From Myxococcota bacterium (lineage in GTDB: Bacteria; Myxococcota; UBA4151), in the NCBI GenBank assembly GCA_036338695.1, contig JAYZBQ010000015.1:1-64000 (forward strand): a DNA stretch of 64,000 bases, written 5' to 3'. Positions within the stretch are counted from its first letter, which is position 1. Each line of letters begins with the position of its first letter. The notes under the pieces were generated by a model. That model did not search any database and was not told the DNA's origin. It saw nothing but the letters and a program-made list of their open reading frames with translations. Shown here in pieces: positions 31,479 to 42,407 of this stretch. A program made the position numbers and the translations under genes.

Positions 31479-34400
31479 CCTCCGAGGTCAGACCCTTTCG
31501 AGGGGGTGAAGACGACCCCTTTCGAGGTGAAAACGATCGCGCCGCAGCGATGCGCTCTTGGTTGGCTCAAGTCGAGACCGAACCGGAGCGGCGCGTGAGG
31601 GCTACGAAGGTGAGCTTGCAGGGGCTGATCGGCGCACATCGCGAGCTCCGACAGCCGCTGCTCGATCAGATCTGGAACGATCTCCTGGCGCTCGATCTCC
31701 AACAGGAGCTGGCTGAGCGCCTCGATGACTGGGCAGAGCGGCACCCGGTGGAGGCTGCCGATGCGCTCGCCGCTCGGGCGATGCAGCGCGCATCGGTACC
31801 TGCAGCGGTCATACAATCGGCTTGGCTGCGTGAACTCGAGCGCCGCGGCGGCGCCGAGCTCGATTGGGACTGGCTGGTCGACTACGCAGACGCCGAGTTC
31901 TTAGTCAGCCTCGCCGGGCGTGCGAATTCGATCGGCTACGATGGTGGTCGTCGCCTTTTGCCCCGCTTGATCGAGCTTGACCGGCGCGAAGCCCTGAGCC
32001 TGCTCAAGCACCTCGGCTTGTCCGAGGCGGGGCTGCCGGTCGCTGAGCTCGCTGAGGTCTTTGGCGCAGAGGCTGTGCTGCGGCTCGACCCGCCCATGCA
32101 TGAGGAGCAGCATTGGGCGTGGCTGCAGCTCAGCTATGAGCTGATGGGCGCACCAGCCATTGCGCGAGCGGAGCAGTGGGTGGGCCAGCGTGGCAACCCG
32201 GAGCAGCGCCTCGAGCTCGCTCATTGGATGGTCGCAAACGGTGACCACGCCGCTGCTTTGAGGATGCTGGCAGATCAGCGACACGCCCTGCGGTGGTCTC
32301 TGCTCGAACAGGTTGGCGCCTACGGTGAGCTGGTAGAACATCTCTGGCCGAGTCGGCGTCACGTGGATGCGCTCGAGCGCCTTAGGCTCGGTCGAGCGTT
32401 GCTGGCTATCGGCGATGGCGCACGGGTCGAAGAGCTGCTCGCCGACGAGGCGGGAGAGGAAGCCTTTGGGTTGCGTCTCGAGGTCGCTGCGTCCGAAGGT
32501 GACGCCGTCAGGGTGGCTGAGATGGTCCGGCAGGTTGGCGCGGACACGGTCGTCGCCGATGGCAACCTTCGGTGGGCGTTGTTCGATGTGCTCCACGAGC
32601 ACGAGACGGAGCTAGCGCTCGACCTGGTCCGCGAGCACCTCGACGCAGCGCCCTCTCCGCAGGGCTTGCGCGCGCTGATGGAGCTCGAGCTCAGCTTTGC
32701 GATGCGCCTTCAGGTGCTCGATGCGCTGCTGCTCCGTCAGCCAACGTTGGCGCTGTTTCAAGAGCGCCTCGACGGCGCGGTTGGCGCCGATCGCTTGCGG
32801 CTGTTGCAACAGCGCGCGCTTTGGCGTCAGCGCCCCTCGACCGCTCAGAAAGATTTGATCGAGCTAGGGGAGCAGGAGCAGGGTACCCTGCTCGCGTTTC
32901 ATACGGCGCGTCGGCTCCTGATTCGGTTTGATGGTGATCAGACGATCCTGCGGACGATGATGCGCGCTGCGGCCGAGTGCAGCTTGCTTGAAGAGACGAT
33001 CGAACCGGTCCTCCTGTGCGCCTCAAACCTCGACCATCACCGGGCGATTGAGCTGCTCGGACAAGCGGCTCTGGATTTGCTCGAGCTTGGCCGAGAGGGC
33101 TTGGCGCGCGTGGTCGTGAGTCAAATCGACGGCGCCGACCTCCGGGCGCCTGCAGCGCTTATGGCGCAATCCTCGCTTCAAGCGCGTGACGGGCAGGTCG
33201 AACTCGCCTGTCAGCGGCTCTTGGAGGCGGCGGTCCGCGAGCCCATCAAACCCGAGCAGGTGGAGCTGGCGCGGCTGGCTGTTGCGTTGGACGGCCTCAG
33301 CGTGGAGCAACTTCGGCGGCTGCGGACGCGCTGGCCGGAGGACGGCCTGCTTGTGATCGGCTGCGCCTTGAAGGAGCTCGAGTCGGGTAAGTCGGTCGAG
33401 GGTGCTGCGCTTGAGCAAGCCGCGTCGCTCCCGGTCGATGGATTTGAGCGAGCCGTGGCGGCCGGTTTGTCGGGCGCGCTCGATGGGTGCGTTGCCAAGC
33501 TCGAGCCTGGGGGGGATATCTCGTCGCTGCGCGACCTGGCGATCGGGCGCGGCCTGCGCTCGTTGCTCGATGGGCTTCGTGTGGGCGCTTGGCCCGGCGT
33601 TGGCTCCCTCTCCGACTGGGTCGAGCGTGCGATCGAACTCGAGGCCTATGACGAGGCGCTTGCGTTGTGCACGGAGGATCCAGGTGACCTCAGCGTGGAC
33701 GTGTTGTCTCACGCGTTGCGCGCGCTGGCGCTCGGTGGCCGCGATGAGCGCGCTGATGTACTCGGGCTGCGTGCGCTCGATCTCGGGCTCTGGGACGAGC
33801 ACCTCGTCGACGTCGCGCGCAAGGCGAGCACAGGCAGTGAGTTGTTTCGGCGCGTGCTGGAACACGACGCCACGAACCTCGAGTTGATCGCTAAGGCGCG
33901 CCGCGCAGAGCCGAAGCTCGCGCTCGAACTTCTCGGAGCGCTCAACAGCGCGCTCGGGCGCGCCGCAGCGCTTGGGCTGTCCGCTGAGACGCCTGTGGAT
34001 GCCGCTACGGCACGTGAGGTATTTGAACGCGCAGTAGCGGAGGTTGGGCGAGCGCCGTTGCTGCTTCGGTGGTGGGCTGAGACGGTCGGTGATGCCGATG
34101 TGGAGCTGCTCGATGAGGCGATCGACGCCAACCCCGGCGCATGGTCGGCCAAGCGGCTCTTGAGCCTGGCGCGCCAGCGGGTGGGCGAGGACCGCTCGGG
34201 CGCGCGCACCTTGCTGCAGCGCGCCTTTGCGCTCGAGCCCAACGACCACGACGTCCGCCGCGCGCTCAGTGATCTCTGGCGAACAGAGGACAGCGAGCAG
34301 GCGCGCCAGTATCTCGAGCCGCTGCTGTCCATCGAAGAGCCGCTGCCGCGGGATCTGCGTCGGCGGGCTCGGATCGAGTTGGTCGAGGGCGATCTTGAAG

Positions 34401-36307
34401 CGGCGGCGCGGAGCTTTGAGCTCAGCGGCATCCCGCAGCGGGCAGGCCCGCTTTCTGACGCACTTTACGTTTTTATGCAGACCGATCGCTGGGAACAGGC
34501 GGGGCAGTGGTGTGAGGCGTTGATTCGTCAGCACGGGCACGCCATGAGCCAAACGGAGCTCGGGAGCCTCTACACGGACCTCGGGACTGTGCGGCTTGGG
34601 ATGGGGCAGCCCGTGGCCGCCAGCGCATCTTTCGAGCGCGCCATCAGCTTGGGCGATGAGCGGGGTGAGACCCTAGACGGCCTCGGACGTGCGCTCCTCG
34701 ATGTGCCGCATCGGCGGCATGATGCGCTGAAGGTGATCGAGCGCGCGCTGCCGAAGGTGACGTCAGAGCGCCGCATCGAGTTGCTGCTGCTGCGCACCGA
34801 GTCGATCGAAGACGCTTGGCAGGTCGCCGACCTTTTGGAAGCGTATCGGTTTGAGATCGACGGGCCGTTCGCGCTCGTGGAGCGGCTCGCCAAGGCGTAC
34901 CGGCAGACCGCTCGATACGATGAGGCCTTCGCCGCCGGGATGCGCGCGCTCGACGATGCGCCGGCGCAAGAACGAGCCCCCATGCTGGTCTGGCTTGGGG
35001 ACCTCGCCTACCATGATCTAGCGGATCTGCAGCGGGCGCTCGCCTCATGGAACTCGGCGCTGGACTTGGATCCGTCCTGCCGCGCAGCCTTGGATTTGAT
35101 CGAGGCGGCCTGCGTTGAGAGCGAGTCCTGGGACCTCTTGGTGGTGAACCTTAACGCTCAGATCGAGCGGTTTGAGGTGGACCAAGAAGAGGAGCGCTAC
35201 AGCACTTGGGGACGGGTCGTTCGCCTAGCCAACGAGGGGCTGCAGCGCCCGGAGTTGGCGGTGACGGGGTTGTCCGAGATGCTTGCGCTACGCGACCTCG
35301 CCGGAACGCGTGTTGAGCTCGCTGGCGCGCTCATTGCGCTGGAGCGCTGGAGTGAGGTGATCTCCTTGCTCGAGCCGATATGGCGCGTGCGCGGGTTGAG
35401 CGACGAAGGTGCAGACTATCTCCTCCGGTCTTACGTTGAAACGCATCAATATTGGCGTGCCGTCTCGGTCGCCGACGTCTTGAGCGTGCGCGGGATCGAG
35501 CAGAGCAGCCCCGATGAGGTGCGTGCGTGGCGCCGGCAAAGCGTGGCGGCGACGCCCTTGACCGCCGCCGAACAGAGCGCCTTGCTGCCACCGCTCCTCG
35601 CGGGGCCCGTTGGGGAGGCGCTGACCTCCGCCTGGCACCTACTGCATCCTGCGATCGAGCGAGATCCGCAGCGCCCGAATGGTCTCTTTGGGCGTCGGCA
35701 TCGCCATGTGGCCGAAGAAGATGAGCGGCTCGCAGTCCAGGTTTTCTATCGGGTGGCGCGGTTCTTTCGGCAGCCCGAGTCGAGCTTGTACATCATCCCG
35801 CGCAGCAGCGAGAATCTCAGGATTTTTCCAAGCAAGCCGCTCAGCTTGGTCGCTGGCGAGTTCGCTCCCATTTTGCGCGATGATCAGCAGGCTGCCTTAC
35901 GCTTTCAGATCGGGCGAGTGCTCGGGATCATGCGGCCTGAGGTGGCGCTGATCTCAGCGATTGGGCTCCAGGGTTTGACCGACTTATGCGCCGCCGTTGG
36001 GCTGCGCGCTCAGCGCCCCGACCCAACGATGGTGGGTCATTGGCGAGAGCTGCTTGGCGGTGCGCTCGAGTTTCAGCTGCGCGCCCACCTCGACCGGTTG
36101 ATTGAAGAGCCGATCGAGCATCTCGCCGGCGCAACCGAGCGGCTCTCACTGTGTTCGGGACTGGTCGCCTGCGGTGATCTGTCCATTGCGCTCGAGGAGG
36201 CGAGACGGAGCGACCCGCTGCACGCTCGGCTCTCCGATCGGGACATTGAAGAACTGTTCTGCCGTATGTGGAGTGGGGAGCATCGCTTTGTGGGGCGAGT
36301 CGGTTAG
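31475..36307 (+). CDS. Large TPR protein, GltI/AgmK-like
   Basis: 1610 aa of TPR-like repeats; C-terminal LRFQIGRVL..GLVACGDL motif typical of myxobacterial giant TPR proteins; precedes gltJ. Confidence 0.7.
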   Translation: MTSEVRPFRGGEDDPFRGENDRAAAMRSWLAQVETEPERRVRATKVSLQGLIGAHRELRQPLLDQIWNDLLALDLQQELAERLDDWAERHPVEAADALAARAMQRASVPAAVIQSAWLRELERRGGAELDWDWLVDYADAEFLVSLAGRANSIGYDGGRRLLPRLIELDRREALSLLKHLGLSEAGLPVAELAEVFGAEAVLRLDPPMHEEQHWAWLQLSYELMGAPAIARAEQWVGQRGNPEQRLELAHWMVANGDHAAALRMLADQRHALRWSLLEQVGAYGELVEHLWPSRRHVDALERLRLGRALLAIGDGARVEELLADEAGEEAFGLRLEVAASEGDAVRVAEMVRQVGADTVVADGNLRWALFDVLHEHETELALDLVREHLDAAPSPQGLRALMELELSFAMRLQVLDALLLRQPTLALFQERLDGAVGADRLRLLQQRALWRQRPSTAQKDLIELGEQEQGTLLAFHTARRLLIRFDGDQTILRTMMRAAAECSLLEETIEPVLLCASNLDHHRAIELLGQAALDLLELGREGLARVVVSQIDGADLRAPAALMAQSSLQARDGQVELACQRLLEAAVREPIKPEQVELARLAVALDGLSVEQLRRLRTRWPEDGLLVIGCALKELESGKSVEGAALEQAASLPVDGFERAVAAGLSGALDGCVAKLEPGGDISSLRDLAIGRGLRSLLDGLRVGAWPGVGSLSDWVERAIELEAYDEALALCTEDPGDLSVDVLSHALRALALGGRDERADVLGLRALDLGLWDEHLVDVARKASTGSELFRRVLEHDATNLELIAKARRAEPKLALELLGALNSALGRAAALGLSAETPVDAATAREVFERAVAEVGRAPLLLRWWAETVGDADVELLDEAIDANPGAWSAKRLLSLARQRVGEDRSGARTLLQRAFALEPNDHDVRRALSDLWRTEDSEQARQYLEPLLSIEEPLPRDLRRRARIELVEGDLEAAARSFELSGIPQRAGPLSDALYVFMQTDRWEQAGQWCEALIRQHGHAMSQTELGSLYTDLGTVRLGMGQPVAASASFERAISLGDERGETLDGLGRALLDVPHRRHDALKVIERALPKVTSERRIELLLLRTESIEDAWQVADLLEAYRFEIDGPFALVERLAKAYRQTARYDEAFAAGMRALDDAPAQERAPMLVWLGDLAYHDLADLQRALASWNSALDLDPSCRAALDLIEAACVESESWDLLVVNLNAQIERFEVDQEEERYSTWGRVVRLANEGLQRPELAVTGLSEMLALRDLAGTRVELAGALIALERWSEVISLLEPIWRVRGLSDEGADYLLRSYVETHQYWRAVSVADVLSVRGIEQSSPDEVRAWRRQSVAATPLTAAEQSALLPPLLAGPVGEALTSAWHLLHPAIERDPQRPNGLFGRRHRHVAEEDERLAVQVFYRVARFFRQPESSLYIIPRSSENLRIFPSKPLSLVAGEFAPILRDDQQAALRFQIGRVLGIMRPEVALISAIGLQGLTDLCAAVGLRAQRPDPTMVGHWRELLGGALEFQLRAHLDRLIEEPIEHLAGATERLSLCSGLVACGDLSIALEEARRSDPLHARLSDRDIEELFCRMWSGEHRFVGRVG

Positions 36308-36356
36308 CGGTCGTGAAGTGGACGGCGTAGGCGGTCTGTGAGAACATCATCCCGCT

Positions 36357-37508
36357 ATGCGCTTTGCCTGTCCTAGTTGCGGTTCTGGATACCGAATCGA
36401 TGAGGATCGCATCCCGCCTGAGGGTGCTCGACTCGACTGCGGGCGGTGCAGCAGCCGCCTGCTGATTCGCCGGGGCAAGGACCCGGTTCTCGTGGATGCC
36501 GAGGCGCTGGTCCCGTATGACGGGGCAGATGGTCGTGACCTCACCGCTGATTTCACGCTGATCGACCTTGAGGGAGCTCTTGAGCAAGCTCAAGCTGATG
36601 AGGTCTGGCACATCACCGACGACGACGGCGCGCAGCGGCAGGTTAGCCACAGCGAGTTCATCGATGCGTTAATCGACGGAACGCTCACGGGCGAGTCGCT
36701 GGTCTGGCGTCCCGGGCTTGAGGCTTGGACTCCGATCGCCAAGGAGCGGCGTGCAGCGGAGCTGCTCAGACGGGCGGGTCCGTGGCAGTCGGGATCGATC
36801 ACCAGTATTTTCGAAGCCGCCAAGCTGGGCGTTGACTCGAGGGAGCGCGCCTCGGTCTCCCCGCAAGCGGCGCCCGCTGCGATCGAGCAGATGATCCGGC
36901 AGCCGACGATGCCGCCCTCGGCGCTGCCCAGCGATGTGCAAGCGGAGCTTGAGGATCGGCTCGGCGAGTCCCCTGAGGTCGTGATCGCCCATGATGGCTT
37001 GCTGCGGCGCGCCAACGCAGCCTCGCCGGTGGCGGTTGCGGTCCGACGTAACCAACGCCGTCTCTTCATGATGGCGCTCGGCGTTCCGTTGTTGATCGTT
37101 CTGTCATGGCGCGTGGCGACCTGGCCGAGGGGTGATCAAACGGTGGTGTCCGAGGCGAAGCAGGCACGCACCGAGCGGGTCGCACCCAAGGGTGAGGAGC
37201 AGCAAGAACAGGAGCGTCGTCGGCGTCAGCGTCTCTTGCTCAAGCGAGGCAGCTTCCGCCTGGACTCGGACCAGAAGGCGGAGGTGGTTCAGCGTGAGCT
37301 GGGGTCACTGAAAGCCTGCGGTGCCGGGCAAGGCGGTGACGGGATGGTGCGCTTTCGGATCAAGCCGAACGGCGCTGCCTTTGACATCCGTGTGGCTGGC
37401 GTCACCGGCGCAGCAGCTCAGTGCATCCGGCAGACGATCGCTCGGTGGCGTTTCCCTCGCTTTACCGGTCCAGCCGATGAGATGAGCTTCCCGCTACCCC
37501 GCGATTGA
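36357..37508 (+). CDS. gltJ: GltJ/AgmX-like: zinc ribbon, GYF, TM and TonB-C-like domain
   Basis: MRFACPSCGSGYRIDEDRI..CGRC; LVWRPGLEAWTPI (GYF_2); TM; AQCI....RWRFPRF..FP. Confidence 0.85.
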   Translation: MRFACPSCGSGYRIDEDRIPPEGARLDCGRCSSRLLIRRGKDPVLVDAEALVPYDGADGRDLTADFTLIDLEGALEQAQADEVWHITDDDGAQRQVSHSEFIDALIDGTLTGESLVWRPGLEAWTPIAKERRAAELLRRAGPWQSGSITSIFEAAKLGVDSRERASVSPQAAPAAIEQMIRQPTMPPSALPSDVQAELEDRLGESPEVVIAHDGLLRRANAASPVAVAVRRNQRRLFMMALGVPLLIVLSWRVATWPRGDQTVVSEAKQARTERVAPKGEEQQEQERRRRQRLLLKRGSFRLDSDQKAEVVQRELGSLKACGAGQGGDGMVRFRIKPNGAAFDIRVAGVTGAAAQCIRQTIARWRFPRFTGPADEMSFPLPRD

Positions 37509-37551
37509 CAGGGCGCGTTCGATCAGTTCACGTGATGTAAGGAGCCAGTCT

Positions 37552-38304
37552 ATGGACACAGCCGCAACGCTTTGCGCAGCGCTCGATGAGCTCTTGGAGA
37601 TCGATCGGTTCAAGGACGCCAGCCTCAACGGGCTTCAGCTCGATGCCGGCGGAGCCATCCGCCGGGTCGTATGCGGCGTGAGCGCCAATCGAGCCATGAT
37701 CGAGGCGGCGATTGAGGCGCAGGCGCAGCTGCTTGTGGTGCATCATGGCTGGTTGTGGGGGCGGTGTGAGCGCCTAACCGGTATGTTCGGCGACCGCGTA
37801 CGCCGCTGCTTTGAGGGGGGACTGAGCGTCGCCGGTTACCACCTGCCGCTCGACGCACACCCGAGGCTGGGCAACAACGCCGGGCTCGCCGACTTGCTCG
37901 GGCTCACCGACCGAGAGCCATTCGCGGTCTACTCGGGCACGCCGATCGGGTTCAAGGGGAAGCTCCCGGAGCCCGTCGAACTGGGCGTTTTGGTCGAGCG
38001 TCTTCGAGAGGGGCTTGGGGGCGTGAATTTCGCTTTTGGCGACCTCAAGCGCCCGGTTCAAAGCGTCGGGCTGTGCAGCGGAGGTGCGGCGAATCACATC
38101 GTCGAAGCAGCCGCTGAGGGGCTTGATCTGTACCTGACGGGTGAGGCGGAGGAGTGGACCAAGGCGCAAGCCGAGGAGCTCGGCGTCGCCTTTATCGCCG
38201 GAGGGCATCACCGGACGGAACGTTTCGGCCCCAAAGGGATCGCTCGTCACCTCGCAGAGCAGGGCATCGACGCTCGGTTCATCGACGTCTCGAACCCCGT
38301 CTGA
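37552..38304 (+). CDS. Nif3/YbgI dinuclear metal-centre protein
   Basis: NGLQL, VHHG, YHLPLDAHP.LGNN, CSGG, TGE, GHHRTERFG; perfect TTGACA at 37505 upstream. Confidence 0.93.
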   Translation: MDTAATLCAALDELLEIDRFKDASLNGLQLDAGGAIRRVVCGVSANRAMIEAAIEAQAQLLVVHHGWLWGRCERLTGMFGDRVRRCFEGGLSVAGYHLPLDAHPRLGNNAGLADLLGLTDREPFAVYSGTPIGFKGKLPEPVELGVLVERLREGLGGVNFAFGDLKRPVQSVGLCSGGAANHIVEAAAEGLDLYLTGEAEEWTKAQAEELGVAFIAGGHHRTERFGPKGIARHLAEQGIDARFIDVSNPV

Positions 38305-38305
38305 C

Positions 38306-40528
38306 TCAGTAGCTCAGCAGCTTGCGCACCGTTGCGATGACGTCTGGGACCTGCGGAAGGATCCGGTCTTCGAGGTCTGGGTGGTACCCGACGAAGGTAT
38401 CCGTTGAGGCGAGCCTCATGACCGGCGCATCGAGCCAGTCGAACAGCTCTTCGGCAGCCCATGCGGCGACCTCAGCTCCGCTACCCCAGCTCTTGTTGTC
38501 CTCGTAGATCACCGCCAGTCGGTTGGTCTTCTGGACCGACGCGCGCACGCTTTCTTGGTCCCATGGGCTGACGCTGCGCAGATCAAGGATCTCGAGGTGG
38601 ATCCCTTCAGCTTCAAGCTGTCGCTGAGCCTCTTGAACCCGGCGCACCAAGTTGCCGTAGGTGACGATGGTGGCGTCGGTGCCCTCACGCAGGACCTTGG
38701 CGGCGCCGAAGGGGACGGTGAACTCGGGGCCTGGATTGGGCGCCTTGTTGTATGTCTGCCGGTAGAGGTGTTTGGGTTCGAGCATCATGACCGGGTCGTC
38801 GCAGCGAATCGCCGTGCGTAGCAAGCCGGCGGCGTCCTGAGCGTTGGAGGGCATCATCACGCGCAAACCGGGCGTGTGCGTGAACAGCGTCTCGCCTGTC
38901 TGGCTGTGATAGATGGCGCCGCCTTTGAGGTACCCACCGTAGGGGACGCGTACGACCACGGGGGCGATGAAGTCGCCGTTCGAGCGCCAGCGCGTGGTCG
39001 CGAGCTCGTTTCGAAGCTGCTGCATCGCCGGCCAGATGTAATCGAAGAACTGGATCTCGACGACCGGACGCAGCCCACGCATCGCCATGCCGACGGCGCG
39101 GCCGATAATGTTCGCCTCAGCGAGTGGGCTGTTAAAGCAGCGCTCTTTCCCAAAGGCACGCTGAAGTCCGGCGGTCAGCTTGAACACGCCGCCTTTACCT
39201 TTGAGCTCTTCGAGGTTCTCTTCACGGCTCATGTCGGCGACGTCCTCACCGAAGACCACGATGCGCGGATCACGAGCCATCTCCGTGTGCAGGACGTCGT
39301 TGATGAGGTCCGCCATCCCCTTGTCTGCGCCCTCGGTCAGCGCCTCGCTCAGGTAGGTCGCCTCGGTGCCGTTGTTGTCCGGGCTGTAGACCTGCTCAAA
39401 GACGCTCTCGGGATCATGGGGGGGGCTGGCCTCGGCGGCAGCGAGACCCGCCTCGATCTCTGCGAGGATGTCCGCTCGCACCGCCTCAAGCTCGCTCGCC
39501 TTGCACACCTTTTTGTTGATCAGGCGGTCGCCGAAGCTCGCGATCGGGCAGCGCCCTTGAGCCAGCTCAAGCTCCGCCGCCGGGCGGTACATGGTCTCGT
39601 CATCGCTCATGGAGTGGCTGTAGAGCCGCACCACGTGCCCGTGGATCAGCGCAGGGCCTTTGCCCTCTCGGCACCAAGCGATCGCCTCTTCGGCTGCGAG
39701 CTGAGCGCCCACCGGATCGCATCCATCGACCTCGACACATTTGAGGTTGGGGAAGTCGCCAAACAGACGAGAGATCGAGTCGCCGCTCGTGCCCACCTCG
39801 CGCGGGACCGAGATGGCGTAGCCGTTGTCCTCGACGACAAAGACGACCGGGAGCTTAAGGTTGGTTGCGGTGTTGAGGGCTTCCCACCACTCGCCCTCGC
39901 TGGTCGCTCCGTCGCCCGTACAGCAGACGACGACCTCTTCGGGGTGGCTGTCTTCTAAGCCCTCGGTGATCCCTTGGCCCTTGAGCCATTCGAGATAGCG
40001 ACCGGCTTCGGCAGCCCCTACGGCGTGAAGGAATTGGGTCCCCGTGCAGGAGGATTTGTTGAGGATTTTAAGCTCTTTGCATCCGAAATGGACGGGCATC
40101 TGTCGGCCGCCGCCGCTCGGCTCGTCGGGGGTTCCGAGCGCAGCCTTCATGTTGGCTTCGGCGTCGTAACCCAAGGTGAGCATCAGCGCCCGGTCACGGT
40201 AGTAGCCCACCGCCCAGTCACGCCCGGGAACGAGGGCTCGACCGACCGCCGTCTGCAAACCCTCGTGTCCTGCACCGGAGATCTGAAAGTAGATCCGAGA
40301 CTGACGCTTGAGTTTGACCTCTTGATCGTCCAGGAGGCGCGACATCAGCATGTTGCGATAAATCGCCAGGCAGTCCTGCTTGCTGAAGCGCTTCGGGATG
40401 GGCAGCGTGCGCAAAGCCTCGGGCGAGTGGAGCGTCAAACCCGTTGTGGTCTTGCCTGCCTTGCCGTTTCGCTTGGGTCGTGATGTGCCGTTCGCTGCGC
40501 TGACTGTCGTGCCCATGTCGTTCCCCAC
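38306..40528 (-). CDS. 2-oxoacid dehydrogenase E1, fused alpha/beta (branched-chain type)
   Basis: [17 protein letters not shown] motif, [33 protein letters not shown]. Confidence 0.95.
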   Translation of the reverse strand: MGNDMGTTVSAANGTSRPKRNGKAGKTTTGLTLHSPEALRTLPIPKRFSKQDCLAIYRNMLMSRLLDDQEVKLKRQSRIYFQISGAGHEGLQTAVGRALVPGRDWAVGYYRDRALMLTLGYDAEANMKAALGTPDEPSGGGRQMPVHFGCKELKILNKSSCTGTQFLHAVGAAEAGRYLEWLKGQGITEGLEDSHPEEVVVCCTGDGATSEGEWWEALNTATNLKLPVVFVVEDNGYAISVPREVGTSGDSISRLFGDFPNLKCVEVDGCDPVGAQLAAEEAIAWCREGKGPALIHGHVVRLYSHSMSDDETMYRPAAELELAQGRCPIASFGDRLINKKVCKASELEAVRADILAEIEAGLAAAEASPPHDPESVFEQVYSPDNNGTEATYLSEALTEGADKGMADLINDVLHTEMARDPRIVVFGEDVADMSREENLEELKGKGGVFKLTAGLQRAFGKERCFNSPLAEANIIGRAVGMAMRGLRPVVEIQFFDYIWPAMQQLRNELATTRWRSNGDFIAPVVVRVPYGGYLKGGAIYHSQTGETLFTHTPGLRVMMPSNAQDAAGLLRTAIRCDDPVMMLEPKHLYRQTYNKAPNPGPEFTVPFGAAKVLREGTDATIVTYGNLVRRVQEAQRQLEAEGIHLEILDLRSVSPWDQESVRASVQKTNRLAVIYEDNKSWGSGAEVAAWAAEELFDWLDAPVMRLASTDTFVGYHPDLEDRILPQVPDVIATVRKLLSY

Positions 40529-40580
40529 CGTGATGCAGGGTCATCTGCCCGGAAACGCGACGCAGTTCCAGGCCAAAGCG

Positions 40581-42407
40581 CTACGAGGGCGTCGTCAGGG
40601 CACGGTGATGCGCGACGAGCTCGGCGTACGCCCCACCTTGAGCGAGGAGCTCAGCAGGTGAACCGCTCTCCAAGACCCTGCCTTGATCTAACACGATGAT
40701 CCGATCGGACTTTTCAACCGTGCTGAGTCGGTGGGCGATGACGAGGGCAGTGCGCCCCTCGAGGACCGCTTCGGTCGTGCGAGTCAGCAAGCGCTCGGTC
40801 TCTTGGTCGATGTTGGCGGTTGCCTCGTCGAGCAGCAGCACCTCTGGGTTCCGGTACAGGGCACGCGCCATCGCCACCAGCTGGCGCTCGCCCGCTGAGA
40901 GGTTGCTCCCACCTTCGAGGATCTCGGGGGCATCCCCATCGGCTTGATCGGCGTCTCGGCGCGCTGCGAGTCGTTCTTTGACCTGGTCGAGGTGGCTGGC
41001 TTGGAACGCAAGCGCTAGCCGCTCAGCGTCGACGTCGAGCGCATCCATGGTGATGTTTTGCTCGAGGGAGCCGGCGAACAAGAAGCTGTCTTGCTGTACC
41101 ACACCGAGCCGTTTGCGCAGGCTCGACGCCTCGAGCTGCGCGAGGTCGGTTCCGTTGACGGTGACGCGACCTGACTGCGGAGACCGGAAGCGCAGCAGGA
41201 GCGCAAGCAGCGTCGATTTACCCGAGCCGGTGCGACCGACGATGGCGACACGTTCGCCTTGGCGCAGGGTAAAATCGACGTCCGAGAGCACGGGCTCGTC
41301 GGGCAAATAATGGAAGTGAACCCCCTCAAGCCGCATGGACTCGATGGGTTGATCGAGGACGACGGGCGACTCGTTATCGCCCAGCTCGATCGGCGTATCG
41401 AGCAAGCCAAAGACACGATCCGCCGACGCAAAGCCGGCTTGCAGCATCGCGTACTTGCTGCCGAGGTCGCGCAAGGGCGTGAAGAAGCGACGCATGTACT
41501 CGGAGAAAGCGATCAGGAGTCCAAGCGTGACGAGCCCTTGATCGAGCGCGCCGGCGCCATACCAGATGATGAGCGCCGTCGAGACCGTGCCGATGGATTC
41601 GATAACGGCGAACAGCGTGACGTCGTAACGGATGGTATCAAACGCTGCGTCGCGATAGCCTTGGTTTTGCGCATCGTAGCGGGACTCAAGGTAGTCTTCG
41701 GCGGCGAAGAGTTGGACCGTGCTTAGCCCGTTGAGCGTCTCTTGAAGGTACGCGTTCAAGGCGGAAGAACGTCGCCTCAATGAGCCGTAGGTGTTGTGCG
41801 CGTAGCGCTGAAAGACGCGCATGATGACGAGCAGGGGCGGAACGACCAGCATGGCGAAGAGCGCCAGCTTGACGTCGAGGACGAAGAGCCAAATCGTCAC
41901 CGCTGCGAGCAGGATCAGATCTGCCACCATCCCGACGGCGCCGAAGGCAAAGACCTCGGTCAGGCTGTCGATGTCGTTGGTCATGCGAGCCATGACCCGG
42001 CCGACCGGTTCGTGGTCATAAATCTTGAGGTCGAGCCGCATCGCCTTGTCGAAGGTGGTCCGGCGTAGGTCACGCAGCGTGTTCAGACCGAGCCGCTGCA
42101 GACAGAGCTGTTGAAGGCCCATCGCCGCAGCGCCACCGAGCGCGGCGGCGACCCCAATGAGTCCGTAGTGGGTGACCCCTGCCAAACGCTCTGCGCTCGA
42201 TCCTGCCCCTTTAAGGTACTCATCGATCGCTTCGCCAATGAGCCAAGGCTCGAGCATCATGGCGCCGACAATCGGGATGTACAGCAGCAGGGCGGTGAAC
42301 AAGAGGCTACGGTGAGGCTTCATGTAGAGCCACAAGCGCACGATCAGCTGCGCATCGGTCAGATCGCTCAGGCGCTCGTCTCGGTGCGTATGGGTGGGCT
42401 GACTCAT
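40581..42407 (-). CDS. ABC exporter half-transporter (MdlB/YheH-like)
   Basis: TM domain, GRTGSGKST, LSAGERQ, LDEATANID, IAHRLST. Confidence 0.93.
   Translation of the reverse strand: MSQPTHTHRDERLSDLTDAQLIVRLWLYMKPHRSLLFTALLLYIPIVGAMMLEPWLIGEAIDEYLKGAGSSAERLAGVTHYGLIGVAAALGGAAAMGLQQLCLQRLGLNTLRDLRRTTFDKAMRLDLKIYDHEPVGRVMARMTNDIDSLTEVFAFGAVGMVADLILLAAVTIWLFVLDVKLALFAMLVVPPLLVIMRVFQRYAHNTYGSLRRRSSALNAYLQETLNGLSTVQLFAAEDYLESRYDAQNQGYRDAAFDTIRYDVTLFAVIESIGTVSTALIIWYGAGALDQGLVTLGLLIAFSEYMRRFFTPLRDLGSKYAMLQAGFASADRVFGLLDTPIELGDNESPVVLDQPIESMRLEGVHFHYLPDEPVLSDVDFTLRQGERVAIVGRTGSGKSTLLALLLRFRSPQSGRVTVNGTDLAQLEASSLRKRLGVVQQDSFLFAGSLEQNITMDALDVDAERLALAFQASHLDQVKERLAARRDADQADGDAPEILEGGSNLSAGERQLVAMARALYRNPEVLLLDEATANIDQETERLLTRTTEAVLEGRTALVIAHRLSTVEKSDRIIVLDQGRVLESGSPAELLAQGGAYAELVAHHRALTTPS

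Noticed and set aside
38306..40528. E1 alpha/beta fusion without adjacent E2/E3 as a novelty
   Set aside because: Fused E1 is a well-known form, and partner genes are often encoded elsewhere
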